The notes below the pieces were generated by a model, which worked only from the letters and a program-made list of their open reading frames with translations, was not told where the DNA came from and did not search any database. 64,000 bases of DNA, taken from NCBI RefSeq assembly GCF_030684315.1, contig NC_081371.1, forward strand, positions 24,609,440 through 24,673,439. The letters are read 5' to 3'. The position numbers were made by a program, and so were the translations under genes. This document shows, in pieces, positions 50,769-62,594 of this stretch. This DNA comes from Stegostoma tigrinum. Lineage: Eukaryota. Position 1 is the first letter of the stretch. Each line of letters begins with the position of its first letter.

Positions 50769-53630
50769 CCCTGGCTGAACACCCCACACACCACCCTCAC
50801 CGCAGCTGCTGCCGCCCACCCCGATCCTCCAACCGCCGACGGAACCCCGCCCACGGCCGACGACGACAGAACCCCGCCCACGGCCGACGGAAACCTGCCC
50901 ATGGCCGACGACCTCATCGCTCCGCCCACAACCTCCACAGCCAGCAACCCCAGAGAAGACAGCCACACTGAGCCCTGCCGCATCTTCACCATCCCCCCAG
51001 ACCTCCCACTGACTGAGGACGAACGGTCAGTCCTTAGCAAGGGGCTCACCTTTGTCCCCCTTACAACCACACATCAACGAATACCAGTCACGGTTGGACA
51101 TAGAGCAGTTTTTCCGCCGTCTTCGCCTCCATGCCTACTTCTTCAACCGGGAACCCAACCCTCCTTCCACTGACCCCTTCACCCGCTTCCAACACAAGTC
51201 CTCCTCCTGGACACCACCCCCAGGCCTCCTACCCTCCCTCGACCTCTTCATCGCCAACTGCCGTCGAGACATTAACCGCCTCAACCTCTCCACCCCTCTC
51301 ACCCACTCCAACCTCTCCCCCGCAGAACGGCAGCCCTCCGCTCCAACCCCAACCTCCCCATCAAACCCGCAGACAAGGGAGGCGCAGTGGTAGTATGGTG
51401 CACTGACCTCTACATCGCCGAGGCCAGACGCCAAATCTCCGACACCACCTCCTACCGCCTCCTCGATCATGACCCCACACCCGAGCACCAAACCATCATC
51501 TCCAACACCATTCACGACCTTATCACCTCAGGGGACCTCCCACCCACAGCCTCCAACCTCATTGTTCCCCAACCCCGCATGGCCCGTTTCTATCTCCTTC
51601 CCAAAATCCACAAACCTGCCTGCCCTGGCCGACCCATCGTCTCAGCCTGCTCCTGCCCCACCGAACTCATCTCCACCTATGTGGACTCCATTTTCTCCCC
51701 TTTGGTCCAGGAACTCCCCACCTACGTCCGTGACACCACCCACGCCCTCCACCTCCTCCAGGACTTCCAATTCCCTGGCCCCCAACACCTCATATTCACC
51801 ATGGACGTCCAGTCCCTGTACACCTGCATTCCGCATGGAGATGGCCTCAAGGCCCTCCGCTTCTTCCTGTCCCGCAGGCCCGACCAGTCCCCCTCCACCG
51901 ACACTCTCATCCGCCTAGCTGAACTCGTCCTCACACTCAACAACTTCTCTTTTGACTCCTCCCACTTCCTACAGACTAAGGGGGTGGCCATGGGCACCCG
52001 CATGGGCCCCAGCTATGCCTGCCTCTTTGTAGGTTACATGGAACAGTCCCTCTTCCGCACCTACACAGGCCCCAAACCCCACCTCTTCCTCCGGTACATT
52101 GATGACTGTATCGGCGCCACCTCTCGCTCCCCAGAGGAGCTCGAACAGTTCATCCACTTCACCAACACCTTCCACCCCAACCTTCAGTTCACCTGGGCCA
52201 TCTCCAGCACATCCCTCACCTTCCTGGACCTCTCAGTCTCCATCTCAGGCAACCAGCTTGTAACTGATGTCCATTTCAAGCCCACCGACTCGCACAGCTA
52301 CCTAGAATACACCTCCTCCCACACACCCTCCTGCAAAAATTCCATCCCCTATTCCCAATTCCTCCGCCTCCGCCGCATCTGCTCCCACGATAAGACATTC
52401 CACTCCCGCACATCCCAGATGTCCAAGTTCTTCAAGGACCGCAACTTTCCCCCCACAGTGATCAAGAACGCCATTGACCGCGTCTCCCGTATTTCCCGCA
52501 ACACATCCCTCACACCCCGCCCCCGCCACAACCGCCCCAAGAGGATCCCCCTCGTTCTCACACACCACCTTACCAACCTCCGGATACAACGCATTATCCT
52601 CCGACACTCCCGCCATTTACAATCCGACCCCACCACCCAAGACATTTTTCCATCCCCTCCCCTGTCTGCTTTCCGGAGCGACCACTCTCTCCGTGACTCC
52701 CTTGTTCGCTCCCCTGCCCTCCAACCCCACCACCTTCCCCTGCAACCGCAGGAAATGCTACACTTGTCCCCACACCTCCTCCCTCACCCCCATCCCAGGC
52801 CCCAAGATGACATTCCACATTAAGCAGAGGTTCACCTGCACATCTGCCAATGTGGTATACTGCATCCACTGCACCCGGTGCGGCTTCCTCTACATTGGGG
52901 AAATCAAGCGGAGGCTTGGGGACCGCTTTGCAGAACACCTCCGCTCAGTTCGCAACAAACAACTGCACCTCCCAGTCGCAAACCATTTCCACTCCCCCTC
53001 TCATTCTCTAGATGACATGTCCATCATGGGCCTCCTGCACTGCCACAATGATGCCACCCAAAGGTTGCAGGAACAGCAACTCATATTCCGCCTGGGAACC
53101 CTGCAGCCATATGGTATCAATGTGGACTTCACCAGTTTCAAAATCTCCCCTTCCCCTACTGCATCCCTAAACCAGCCCAGTTCGTCCCCTCCCCCCACTG
53201 CACCACACAACCAGCCCAGCTCTTCCCCCCCACCCACTGCATCCCAAAACCAGTCCAACCTGTCTCTGCCTCCCTAACCGGTTCTTCCTCTCACCCATCC
53301 CTTCCTCCCACCCCAAGCCGCACCCCCATCTACCTACTAACCTCATCCCACCTCCTTGACCTGTCCGTCTTCCCTGGACTGACCTATCCCCTCCCTACCT
53401 CCCCACCTACACCCTCTCCACCTATCTTCTTTACTCTCCATCTTCGGTCCGCCTCCCCCTCTCTCCCTATTTATTCCAGTTCCCTCTCCCCACCCCCCTC
53501 TCTGAGGAAGGGTCTAGGCCCGAAACGTCAGCTTTTGTGCTCCTGAGATGCTGCTTGGCCTGCTGCGTTCATCCAGCCTCACATTTTATTATCTTGGATT
53601 CTCCAGCATCTGCAGTTCCCATTATCTCTG
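50769..53630 (+). mobile_element. Penelope-like element, Neptune-type, near full length: RT + Cys linker + GIY-YIG endonuclease + 3' pLTR; frameshifted
   Basis: SVLSKGLTFVP, FYLLPKIHK, GRPIVS, MDVQSLYT, GVAMGTRMGPSYA, RYIDD, CNRRKCYTC, NVVYCIHCTRCGFLYIGE..RFAEH. Frame breaks near 51060, 51330 and 52710. Confidence 0.93.
53496..53533 (+). ncRNA. Minimal type I hammerhead ribozyme motif in PLE pLTR
   Basis: CUGAGGA-A-GGGU-CUAG-GCCC-GAAAC-GUC; palindromic ACGU in place of a full stem III. Confidence 0.75.
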
Positions 53631-53644
53631 ATACTATCGGCTGA

Positions 53645-53808
53645 ATGGAGTGACGTGTCGAGGTGGGGGAGCGGCGGGAGGACCAATGGGAATGGTTTTT
53701 GTTGGAGGGTACGTTGCTAGGGGCCTTGGCTCCGGGAGGGAGTGAAAGTGACGGAGCTGGCGCGGGAGACAGCAGCGGCCGCTAGCACCATAGCAACGGT
53801 GCCCAAAG
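53645..53808 (+). promoter_or_regulatory. CpG-rich promoter/5'UTR with RFX X-box-like motifs (putative TULP3)
   Basis: GTGACGTG ~53650, CCAAT ~53683, GTTGCTAGG 53713-53721, CCATAGCAAC 53788-53797 (reverse of GTTGCTATGG). Confidence 0.6.
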
Positions 53809-53828
53809 ATGTCCTATTACAGTATCAG
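53809..53828 (+). CDS. TULP3: Putative first coding exon of a tubby-family gene (MSYYSI.., phase 2); remainder lies beyond the window
   Basis: aagATG TCC TAT TAC AGT ATC AG|gtagag in a CpG island. Identity inferred only from recalled synteny (RHNO1-TULP3), the short phase-2 first exon and X-boxes typical of ciliary genes. Confidence 0.5.
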
Positions 53829-55739
53829 GTAGAGAAAGAGTTGCTTGGTGGCCGGGAGGGTGAGAGGAGGGGAGTGGGTAGTGAAGGGGAAGGGCAGGCT
53901 GTTAATGGCTGTGTATCCGGCACACTCGACAGCTCTGCACTGAACTCGCCCTTGCATTGGGCATCGCTAAAACTTGGCTATGCAGGAGTTTCAATCCAGT
54001 ACTCCCCAGTGGTCAGCAGCATTTCGAGCAAAATCCGCTCCTGATCTCCAGATGCGTGCACTTATCCACTCTGCGATGTTCGAGACTGTCACTTTAACAC
54101 ATCAGAAGGCACAGCGCTTTTCAGTACAACAGTCCTTTTTAAATACGGCTGCTTTTTAAAATCTAATTTTGATGTGTATAGTTTTTAATCGTCGGCACAT
54201 AAATCCTGCATAACAATCTGATAGTCTGAAGATGGGACATTTTCTCCTTTTTTCAATTATCTTTGTTGTTTTACTAGGAGCAAAGTTCCTTTGTACAACA
54301 CTTCTGCAGCTGTGTTACGTAGATTTTTAAAAAATCTTCTGTACTGAGTTTAAATAAGACATTTAACGAATCTATTTGTAATGTGCTCTAAATGGCTTGT
54401 AAATATTAATCTCCTTTTTGTACCGAGTTATTTTAACTAGTATAATTTTCAAATGGTGAATAGGTACAACTCATCGTCAAAGCTGAGAGTTTATTTTGGT
54501 TCTTACGCTCTGTGAGGAATCGCTCATTTTGCCCGTCTGTTTTTGAACTTTCAAATTTTGTCTCCTTCATTGTTCACCTTTTGATGTTGCTCGCTAATAG
54601 TTTTCACTCTGTTTCTGTCAATGGAAATTGTTGAATATGATGTACCCTATTCATGTTGATATACGTCAAGTTCATGGTCTTGTGGCTCAGCTGCTGTTCT
54701 TGGAGATTACTGTGTATTGTAGCGCCATTATTCATGTTTAAGATTTTGTTACCTACATTGTAGAAACAAAAATTGAACTTTTTGTTTTTATACTATTTCC
54801 AAGGATAGACAGCTGCAGAATATTTCAGATAGTTGTTATAATAATTGACAATTTTGGGTTATGTTCAGTTTCAACATGCCAAAATAAATTGGAGCTGACC
54901 ACAGATATTTTATTGTGGAAGGATGTGCTTCCATTTGTAATATTTCCATTCTACAATTATTGATTTATTATGACATTGTTATTGTTGCAAATGCTTTACA
55001 TCATAAATGTATCCCTAGTAATGTCACTTATTGTGATGCTGTAACCTGTACTGTACAAGGTATTAAGTGTATTTCCTGTATAAATAAGCACACAAATTGT
55101 TTGCTTCATAATATGAGAAGAATGGCAAATGTCACAATGGTTTCAAAGCTCTGATACTTTGTGAATTCATGAAGCAGCTTTCAACATGGAGATAAAAACA
55201 GAGGAACTCATGTTTACAGTATTATAGTGATCATGCTCAGTACAAGCATCTTCAAGCCCTGTAATCTAACCTTTCACTCTTGCGTTCTTATCTGTTTATT
55301 TCTTTAAATATATCTATATTATTAAACTAACTCCTTGTTCTACCTAAAGATTTAATTTGGGACTGGCACAACAATAGTTTACATCTGCATTGTATATTTA
55401 ACATAACTTACCAAGGTGTTTCATATGACCGTTTTAAAATTAAGTAAGATACTTGGTCATGTAAGCATATATTTGTTTTGATGACCAAAACGTTATTCAA
55501 ATACATTGGCTTCAAGAAGGTTCACATAGGAGGAAAGTGAAGTGTAGAGGTTTAGTGAAATCCGGACCTTGCTAACTGAAGGTGTGGCTGTCAGTGACAG
55601 AGCAATTATTGTGGAAAATTTAACAGAAGAACGTACAAGGTAGATGCAAGGTAGAAGGTAACACCCTTATGGACATCTTCACAGAGATAATACAAATCTG
55701 TTTATCCCAGATTTAAATATATTCGACTGTGCAAAATCC

Positions 55740-56350
55740 ACAACTGTCCAGTGCAGAGAATTTCAAAGATGTGTTAAGCCTTTGAGAGAAGAGATTTCTT
55801 CATTTCTTTTTCTTAAATGATTGACTCCTTATCTTGAAACTCTGACCCCCTTGCTTTTGTTTTCCCAGCTGGCAGTTCAAATGTAGTGTCCACCCTATTG
55901 AGCACCTTAAATCTTAGATATTTCAAAACAATCGGCTCTCCTTTTGTTAATTCTGGAGAATATAGGGTCAATTCAGTTAGCCTGTTATTCTACAACAACT
56001 CAACGACAACCCTAGGGACAATCTAGTGAACCTTTTACTGCCTCCACTGCATATGTATTTCTTTAATGGTGAGAATGAAGGTGCAGAAAGTATTACGGAT
56101 GTGGTCTCACCAAAGCTCTGTGCAATTGTAGCAAGATATCTTTAGTGTAAGGGGGTTGTAGTACAAGAATAAAGACCATTTGCTTTCTAGATTGCATGCT
56201 AACTTTGTTCCTTGTATACACATAATATTAACACATTTTGCAGTTATTAGAAATGCAGTGCCTTTTTTCAACCAAGGTGAATAACCCCACACTTCCCATA
56301 TTAAATTCCATCCATCTCCATGTTGCTACTCCCTTAACCTGTCTATTCTC
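55740..56350 (-). mobile_element. Decayed CR1 3' fragment
   Basis: Similar to 1550-2200; WRWMEFNMGS-like remnant. Confidence 0.5.
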
Positions 56351-56644
56351 TTGCCTCTGAGTCATCGTCAAAACTTGTAGTCTTATTGCAATGATGATAA
56401 GAAAAACCAAGTCTTAAAATCTCATCAACAGATACCAAAATCCACAGTTTTTCTTTAAAAAGAGAAAAACAGTGAGCTACGACATCTTAAAACGGTTGCC
56501 AAACTCTCAGAGGATATAAAGGGAGTATCTACATCTGGACATTAAAACCCATCTTCTGGAATGTATATCTCACAATGAGACATTCAATTGTTTTTGCATG
56601 TTTTCATCTGCAGGTATTGCCTGTATTACAGGTATTACCACCTG

Positions 56645-56936
56645 TGGTTCAATTTCAGCCTTTGGTGACTGTCTGTGTGGAATTTGCACGTTTTCACTGT
56701 GTCTACGTAGGTTTCCACTGGGTGCTCCGGTTTCCTCCTGTAGTCCAAAGATGTGCAAGTTAGGTGGATTGGTCATGCTAAATTGCCCTGTAATGTCCAG
56801 GGATGTGTGGGTGTGGTGCATTAGCCATGGTTAATGTGGGGCTATGAGGATGGAGTGGGTCTGGGTGGGATGCTCTTGGAACGGTTAGATTTGATGAGCT
56901 GATGGCCTCTGTCTGCATTGTAGAGATCCTATGATT
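56645..56936 (+). mobile_element. tRNA-derived SINE lacking the A box
   Basis: Starts at B box ggttcaatttc; central domain and tail present. Confidence 0.78.
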
Positions 56937-59900
56937 ACTGGAACGAAGACTTGATGTGTTAATGGCTAGCTTTTTTGAGGAGATGGTTAATGACAACGGA
57001 GTTAAAGGGGATATGGACTTGGATGATTGGAGAGAGGACTCTTTATGGTCCTTTATCAGCTTGAATGATGGCCAGTTTAGTCTGAATTAGATGAAGAGAG
57101 CAGAAGTTGATCTCATAAACAGCATTTAGTCAAAGAGGATATTGCAGGAGATAGAGAGAAAAACTGGAGAAAGAACCCAGTTCAGGGTTTTGGGCAAAGA
57201 GTAGAGTTTGAGACAGATTTTCCGGTGGATTCCTGGAAAGGAGGGAACTGGTAGAGCTTTCTGATTGAATAGTCTCCAATTCAGTATTAGAGAAGCCCAT
57301 GAGCTCCTTGCACTTTTTTTGTTGGCAGCATGGGTAGAGCAAAGTTTTAGGAGATCATCTGCAGTCGAGAAAAGAAACTGGGAGTTATCCAGGGTGATCC
57401 TAGAATTGTGAACAATTTTTAAAAACCCTGCCAGGTCTGGTAGTGTTGTGTGGCCGTGTCCTTTCAAATATACCTCCCTTTGACTTAAGAGATGAGGGTA
57501 AGACAGCATAAACAGCTGAGGGGCTGGAGGCTAGCACATCAAAGATAGATAGAGGTGATGGCATTGGTCAGTAAACTAGTTGCTGTCGAAATGTGATATA
57601 TGGAAGACCAAAGCTAAACAGAAAGTGCAATTATAGTAATTAGAAGATAGCTTTTTCCAAGTGTAGACATTGGAAGGAAGTAGCATTAGGGTTTATGGGT
57701 TTTGAGTGATATAAGTAACTGATCAGAAATGGCCTTACCTGTGACTGCAACTGAGTGACCATGTGAGATGGCAAGGTCAAGGGAGCCATGATATAGGTTG
57801 GGGACTCTAGAGGGTGAGATTTTGGAAGGATAAGAGGACCGTGAACTTGAAGGAAAGAGAATGATGAGTTGAGTTGGAGGCTTGACTAAAACATATATTT
57901 ATCAGTCTTATTCATTTATTTTATTGAATTTGTCATTTGCAAGGATAAATCTTTAAAACACACAATGCCATTGTGTTAAACCAGACCATGTGTATAATCT
58001 TAAAATTTGAAACAAAATTTCAATGCGCAAAGGATAGAAGAAAATAACCAGGTTCCTGTTGGTGTTGATTAATTGTGTGGATTTCTGTAAGTTACTGTTA
58101 AATTGTAAAGGCTATTGTGATAGTAGATGTTATTTGTGCATTGTAAATGCTGCACAGAAATTGCCATGTCTAGCAATGTACTATTGAAAGTTAGTTACCC
58201 AGTCTGGCTGATTTGAGACTTATTGTATCACTGTGGACTGCCACAGCATGCTTTTTTCCAATCCGTTTTCCGAAGTGTTCTTAAATTCTACGTTAATTGA
58301 CTTTGATTTCATGTTTTAAGATGCATATATTTTTCAGTTGTGGAAATTGGAATCAAAAATAAAGTATTTCCAATGGTACTTTCCTGCAGATTTTACTTAT
58401 ATAGTCGTCCATTAAGTAATGTCCATGACATTGTTGCCTAATGTGGATCATTGGCTGATGGTACTCCATGTGTGGATTTTCATTTTGTTGTGTCTTTGCA
58501 GCATCTGCCTCAAAGACTAATTGTAAGTTTTAGCCACCTTGCTCCCTTTCTTGCTTACTAAAGCACTAGGAATATATGAACTTTAGCAGCTCATGGAGAG
58601 AAAACGCTGAGCAATACATCAAACGGCTTCTGCTTCTCTGCTGCATTTTATGGATGATTGCCAAATTATAACCTGAACAAAACTGCTTTATTAGGTGCCA
58701 ATGTCAATAAGCCAACAAACATGTAAATGGAAGAGTAAAGAGGAACCTGGCAAGCTCGCTGCCACTGGCTGTTTCACATGCCAATCAAATGAAAAATCAA
58801 AGAATGCTAAGCAGGTTTTGTTTAATTTTTTTTCATAGGACGTCAGTGTCATTTGCTAGGCCAGCATTTATTGCTTAATTAAGCCAAAATTCCCAAAAGG
58901 CAGCTCAGAGTCACCCTGATTGCTGTGGATTAGGAGTTCCATGTCATCCAAATCAGGTAACAATGGCAGATTTCCGTCTTTTAAGACATTGGTGAACCAA
59001 ATGGCTTTTTATGACGATTGATGATGATTAACTGGTTTCCACTATGCTAGCATTTAATTCCAGATTTTTATCAAATTCATATTTTACCATCAATCACAAT
59101 GAAATTCAAACTCATATCCCCGGAACATTAGTCTGGGTTTCTAGATTACTGTTCCGGTGACAACCAGTACACCACTGCATGAGGTTAACAAAGCAAGCTG
59201 CAACAGGACATGCGACATCTATGCCAATTGATACAATGGCACAATTAAGTGCTACTACACATCCCAAAATGAGCCTGTAGTTGGGAACAACCTAGAACTG
59301 TAAGAAGGAACTTGTCAGTAGTGTGGGTGGCATGAGTTTTGGAATTAAGATTTTGTGAAGGAGAAACTGCACATTGTAAATTGTAACAGCAGCAGCTGCC
59401 CTGAATGAGATCTTTCATTTTGAAGTATGCAGGAGAACTTGTCTTTTTATATCAGCATAATAATCACAGTTTTTCCAACACATTTTCAGTGCACTATGGC
59501 ATGCTGCATAAGGGGTAATGCCAATAAATTGTATGTCCCTTTTAAGTTAGCTTTAATTTGTTCAATTTCATGTTTTTCCAGCCTTTTGTAAAAACTGAGC
59601 CCTCAAATGCTAAATAGCATCATGATGTTATGAGCAGACCGGAATGTGTTCTGGATCTGAGCACAAGCATCTTCAAATAACTATTTTGAATATTTACTCA
59701 CCTGTTTATCTATCTATTTGTTCAGGTATATTGTTGTTATGCAACAGCAACAAATGAAGCATTGGTGATTTTAACATGATATTTGAGAGTGCAACAGCAG
59801 CTGTGTGAAGCCCCAGTTAAATTTCGTTATTTCCATCTGTGTTGCTTTATTGTGTTTTTTTTGCAGTTTTTCCTAATTTCTTCCTTTATCTGTGGAATGA

Positions 59901-61029
59901 CATGGGTCTCAGAGTCACTGACTTGAGGGATGCTAAGGAGTGTAAATCAGTTTTTAGCCATGGGTATGGAGGAAATCCCCTAAAGCTTCAGAAATTCATA
60001 TTTTCTATGTACTATTGCAATAATTTTCTTGAATGTCAAATTTAAGTTGTTTGAAGTTTAATTATGATCTTTGTTTTAGCTTTCAGTGTAATTTGCTCCA
60101 TATTTCCTTTTTGTCTGTTTTGTATTATGTCTTCTATCATCCCTTTGCTATACACTCTTGTTGCCCTCAGCAAGCAGTGTAGAAGTTGAAAGTATATGTA
60201 GGCATGGATGAGCAAAAGAAAGACGTTAAAGGTTTCTGAGAATATTGTCAGTTAGCAGTCTTGCTTTGTTTTTATAAATCTAATGTTTTTCATGATATAT
60301 AATTTCAACTTTGCTAATATAAAGATGTTTTAAATGTATTGGAAAAGATAGATATCATCTGAGTAGTAAAATCTTGTTTTGTGCTTTGCAAATATGTGCA
60401 AAATATTTTCATTGCAGAGGAAATACAAATAATTTAATAGCTATAATGTACTCTTCAATATGAAGACTTTTGTGTAATGCCCAAAAATGATGGTGTTTGC
60501 ATCTGGGTAGACTTTGGGACTAATTGTTTAAATTGTATGCTTCAACTTAAAGGTTAAGAAAAGTAATGTAGCAGTCTACTTGTAGCTCATCAGTCTTGTA
60601 TTATTATTGTTCTGTGGCTCATGTGAAGATTGTCTTATAGAGCTCCATGGATTATTTCTCAATCTTCACAAGTTAATTGGATTATTGACAATAGTTCATG
60701 TTTAGTATTAGTGACGTTAACCAAATGTTGTGTAATTTGTTATATTTGAGCTTGTTAACTGTCGCATTCTTTTGTGGTTCAATTTTTACATTTAATAGAT
60801 TTGTACTATAGTTTGTACCATATTCTTTTTTGGGATCGTTAGTTGGCTTGCAATCAATGAGGGGCATACAGAAGATCATTAATTTATTTGTAGCAAATAA
60901 TTTCTGGTGCTCCAAAAGCATGTTGTCCAATTTAGAGATAATGGGAACTGCAGATGCTGGAGATTCCAAGATAATAAAATGTGAGGCTGGATGAACACAG
61001 CAGGCCAAGCAGCATCTCAGGAGCACAAA

Positions 61030-61067
61030 AGCTGACGTTTCGGGCCTGGACCCTTCATCAGAGAGGG
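61030..61067 (-). ncRNA. Hammerhead ribozyme motif, inverted copy
   Basis: Reverse complement of the 62557-62594 motif. Confidence 0.75.
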
Positions 61068-62556
61068 GGATGGGGGGAGGGAACTGGAATAAATAGGGAG
61101 AGAGGGGGAGGCGGACCGAAGATGGAGAGTAAAGAAGATAGGTGGAGAGGGTGTAGGTGGGGAGGTAGGGAGGGGATAGGTCAGTCCAGGGAAGACGGAC
61201 AGGTCAAGGAGGTGGGATGAGGTTAGTAGGTAGCTGGGGGTGCGGCTTGGGGTGGGAGGAAGGGATGGGTGAGAGGAAGAACCGGTTAGGGAGGCAGAGA
61301 CAGGTTGGACTGGTTTTGGGATGCAGTGGGTGGGGGGGAAGGGCTGGGCTGGTTGTGTGGTGCAGTGGGGGGAGGGGATGAACTGGGCTGGTTTAGGGAT
61401 GCAGTGGGGGAAGGGGAGATTTTGAAACTGGTGAAGTCCACATTGATACCATATGGCTGCAGGGTTCCCAGGCGGAATATGAGTTGCTGTTCCTGCAACC
61501 TTCGGGTGGCATCATTGTGGCAGTGCAGGAGGCCCATGATGGACATGTCATCAAGAGAATGGGAGGGGGAGTGGAAATGGGAGAGGAAAAGAGGATCCCC
61601 CTCGTTCTCACACACCACCCTACCAACCTCCGGATACAACGCATTATCCTCCGACACTTCCGCCACTTACAATCCGACCCCACCACCCAAGACATTTTTC
61701 CATCCCCACCCCTGTCTGCTTTCCGGAGAGACCACTCTCTCCGTGACTCCCTTGTTCGCTCCACACTGCCCTCCAACCCCACCACACCCGGCACCTTCCC
61801 CTGCAACCGCAGGAAATGCTACACTTGTCCCCACACCTCCTCCCTCACCCCCATCCCAGGCCCCAAGATGACATTCCACATTAAGCAGAGGTTCACCTGC
61901 ACATCTGCCAATGTGATATACTGCATCCACTGTACCCGGTGCGGCTTTCTCTACATTGGGGAAACCAAGCGGAGGCTTGGGGACCGCTTTGCAGAACACC
62001 TCCGCTCAGTTCGCAACAAACAACTGCACCTCCCAGTCGCAAACCATTTCCACTCCCCCTCCCATTCTCTTGATGACATGTCCATCATGGGCCTCCTGCA
62101 CTGCCACAATGATGCCACCCGAAGGTTGCAGGAACAGCAACTCATATTCCGCCTGGGAACCCTGCAGCCATATGGTATCAATGTGGACTTCACCAGTTTC
62201 AAAATCTCCCCTTCCCCCACTGCATCCCTAAACCAGCCCAGTTCATCCCCTCCCCCCACTGCACCACACAACCAGCCCAGCCCTTCCCCCCCACCCACTG
62301 CATCCCAAAACCAGTCCAACCTGTCTCTGCCTCCCTAACCGGTTCTTCCTCTCACCCATCCCTTCCTCCCACCCCAAGCCGCACCCCCAGCTACCTACTA
62401 ACCTCATCCCACCTCCTTGACCTGTCCGTCTTCCCTGGACTGACCTATCCCCTCCCTACCTCCCCACCTACACCCTCTCCACCTATCTTCTTTACTCTCC
62501 ATCTTCGGTCCGCCTCCCCCTCTCTCCCTATTTATTCCAGTTCCCTCCCCCCATCC

Positions 62557-62594
62557 CCCTCTCTGATGAAGGGTCCAGGCCCGAAACGTCAGCT
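62557..62594 (+). ncRNA. Minimal type I hammerhead ribozyme motif (canonical CUGAUGA core)
   Basis: CUGAUGA 62563-62569, stem II GGGU/GCCC, GAAAC-GUC 62583-62590. Confidence 0.78.

Noticed and set aside
50820-50925. CRISPR-like repeat array
   Set aside because: Eukaryotic context; tandem units without unique spacers, inside a retroelement.
51387-52823. 478-aa ORF as an intact active transposon gene or telomerase
   Set aside because: PLE-type RT with frameshifts on both sides; comparison with the 61484 copy shows small deletions near 52710-52735.
51135-53258. Many minus-strand and alternate-frame ORFs
   Set aside because: Shadows of the C-rich, stop-poor PLE ORF; no independent motifs.
53742-54044. 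100-aa ORF over the CpG island
   Set aside because: GTG start, runs through a splice donor, no family resemblance.
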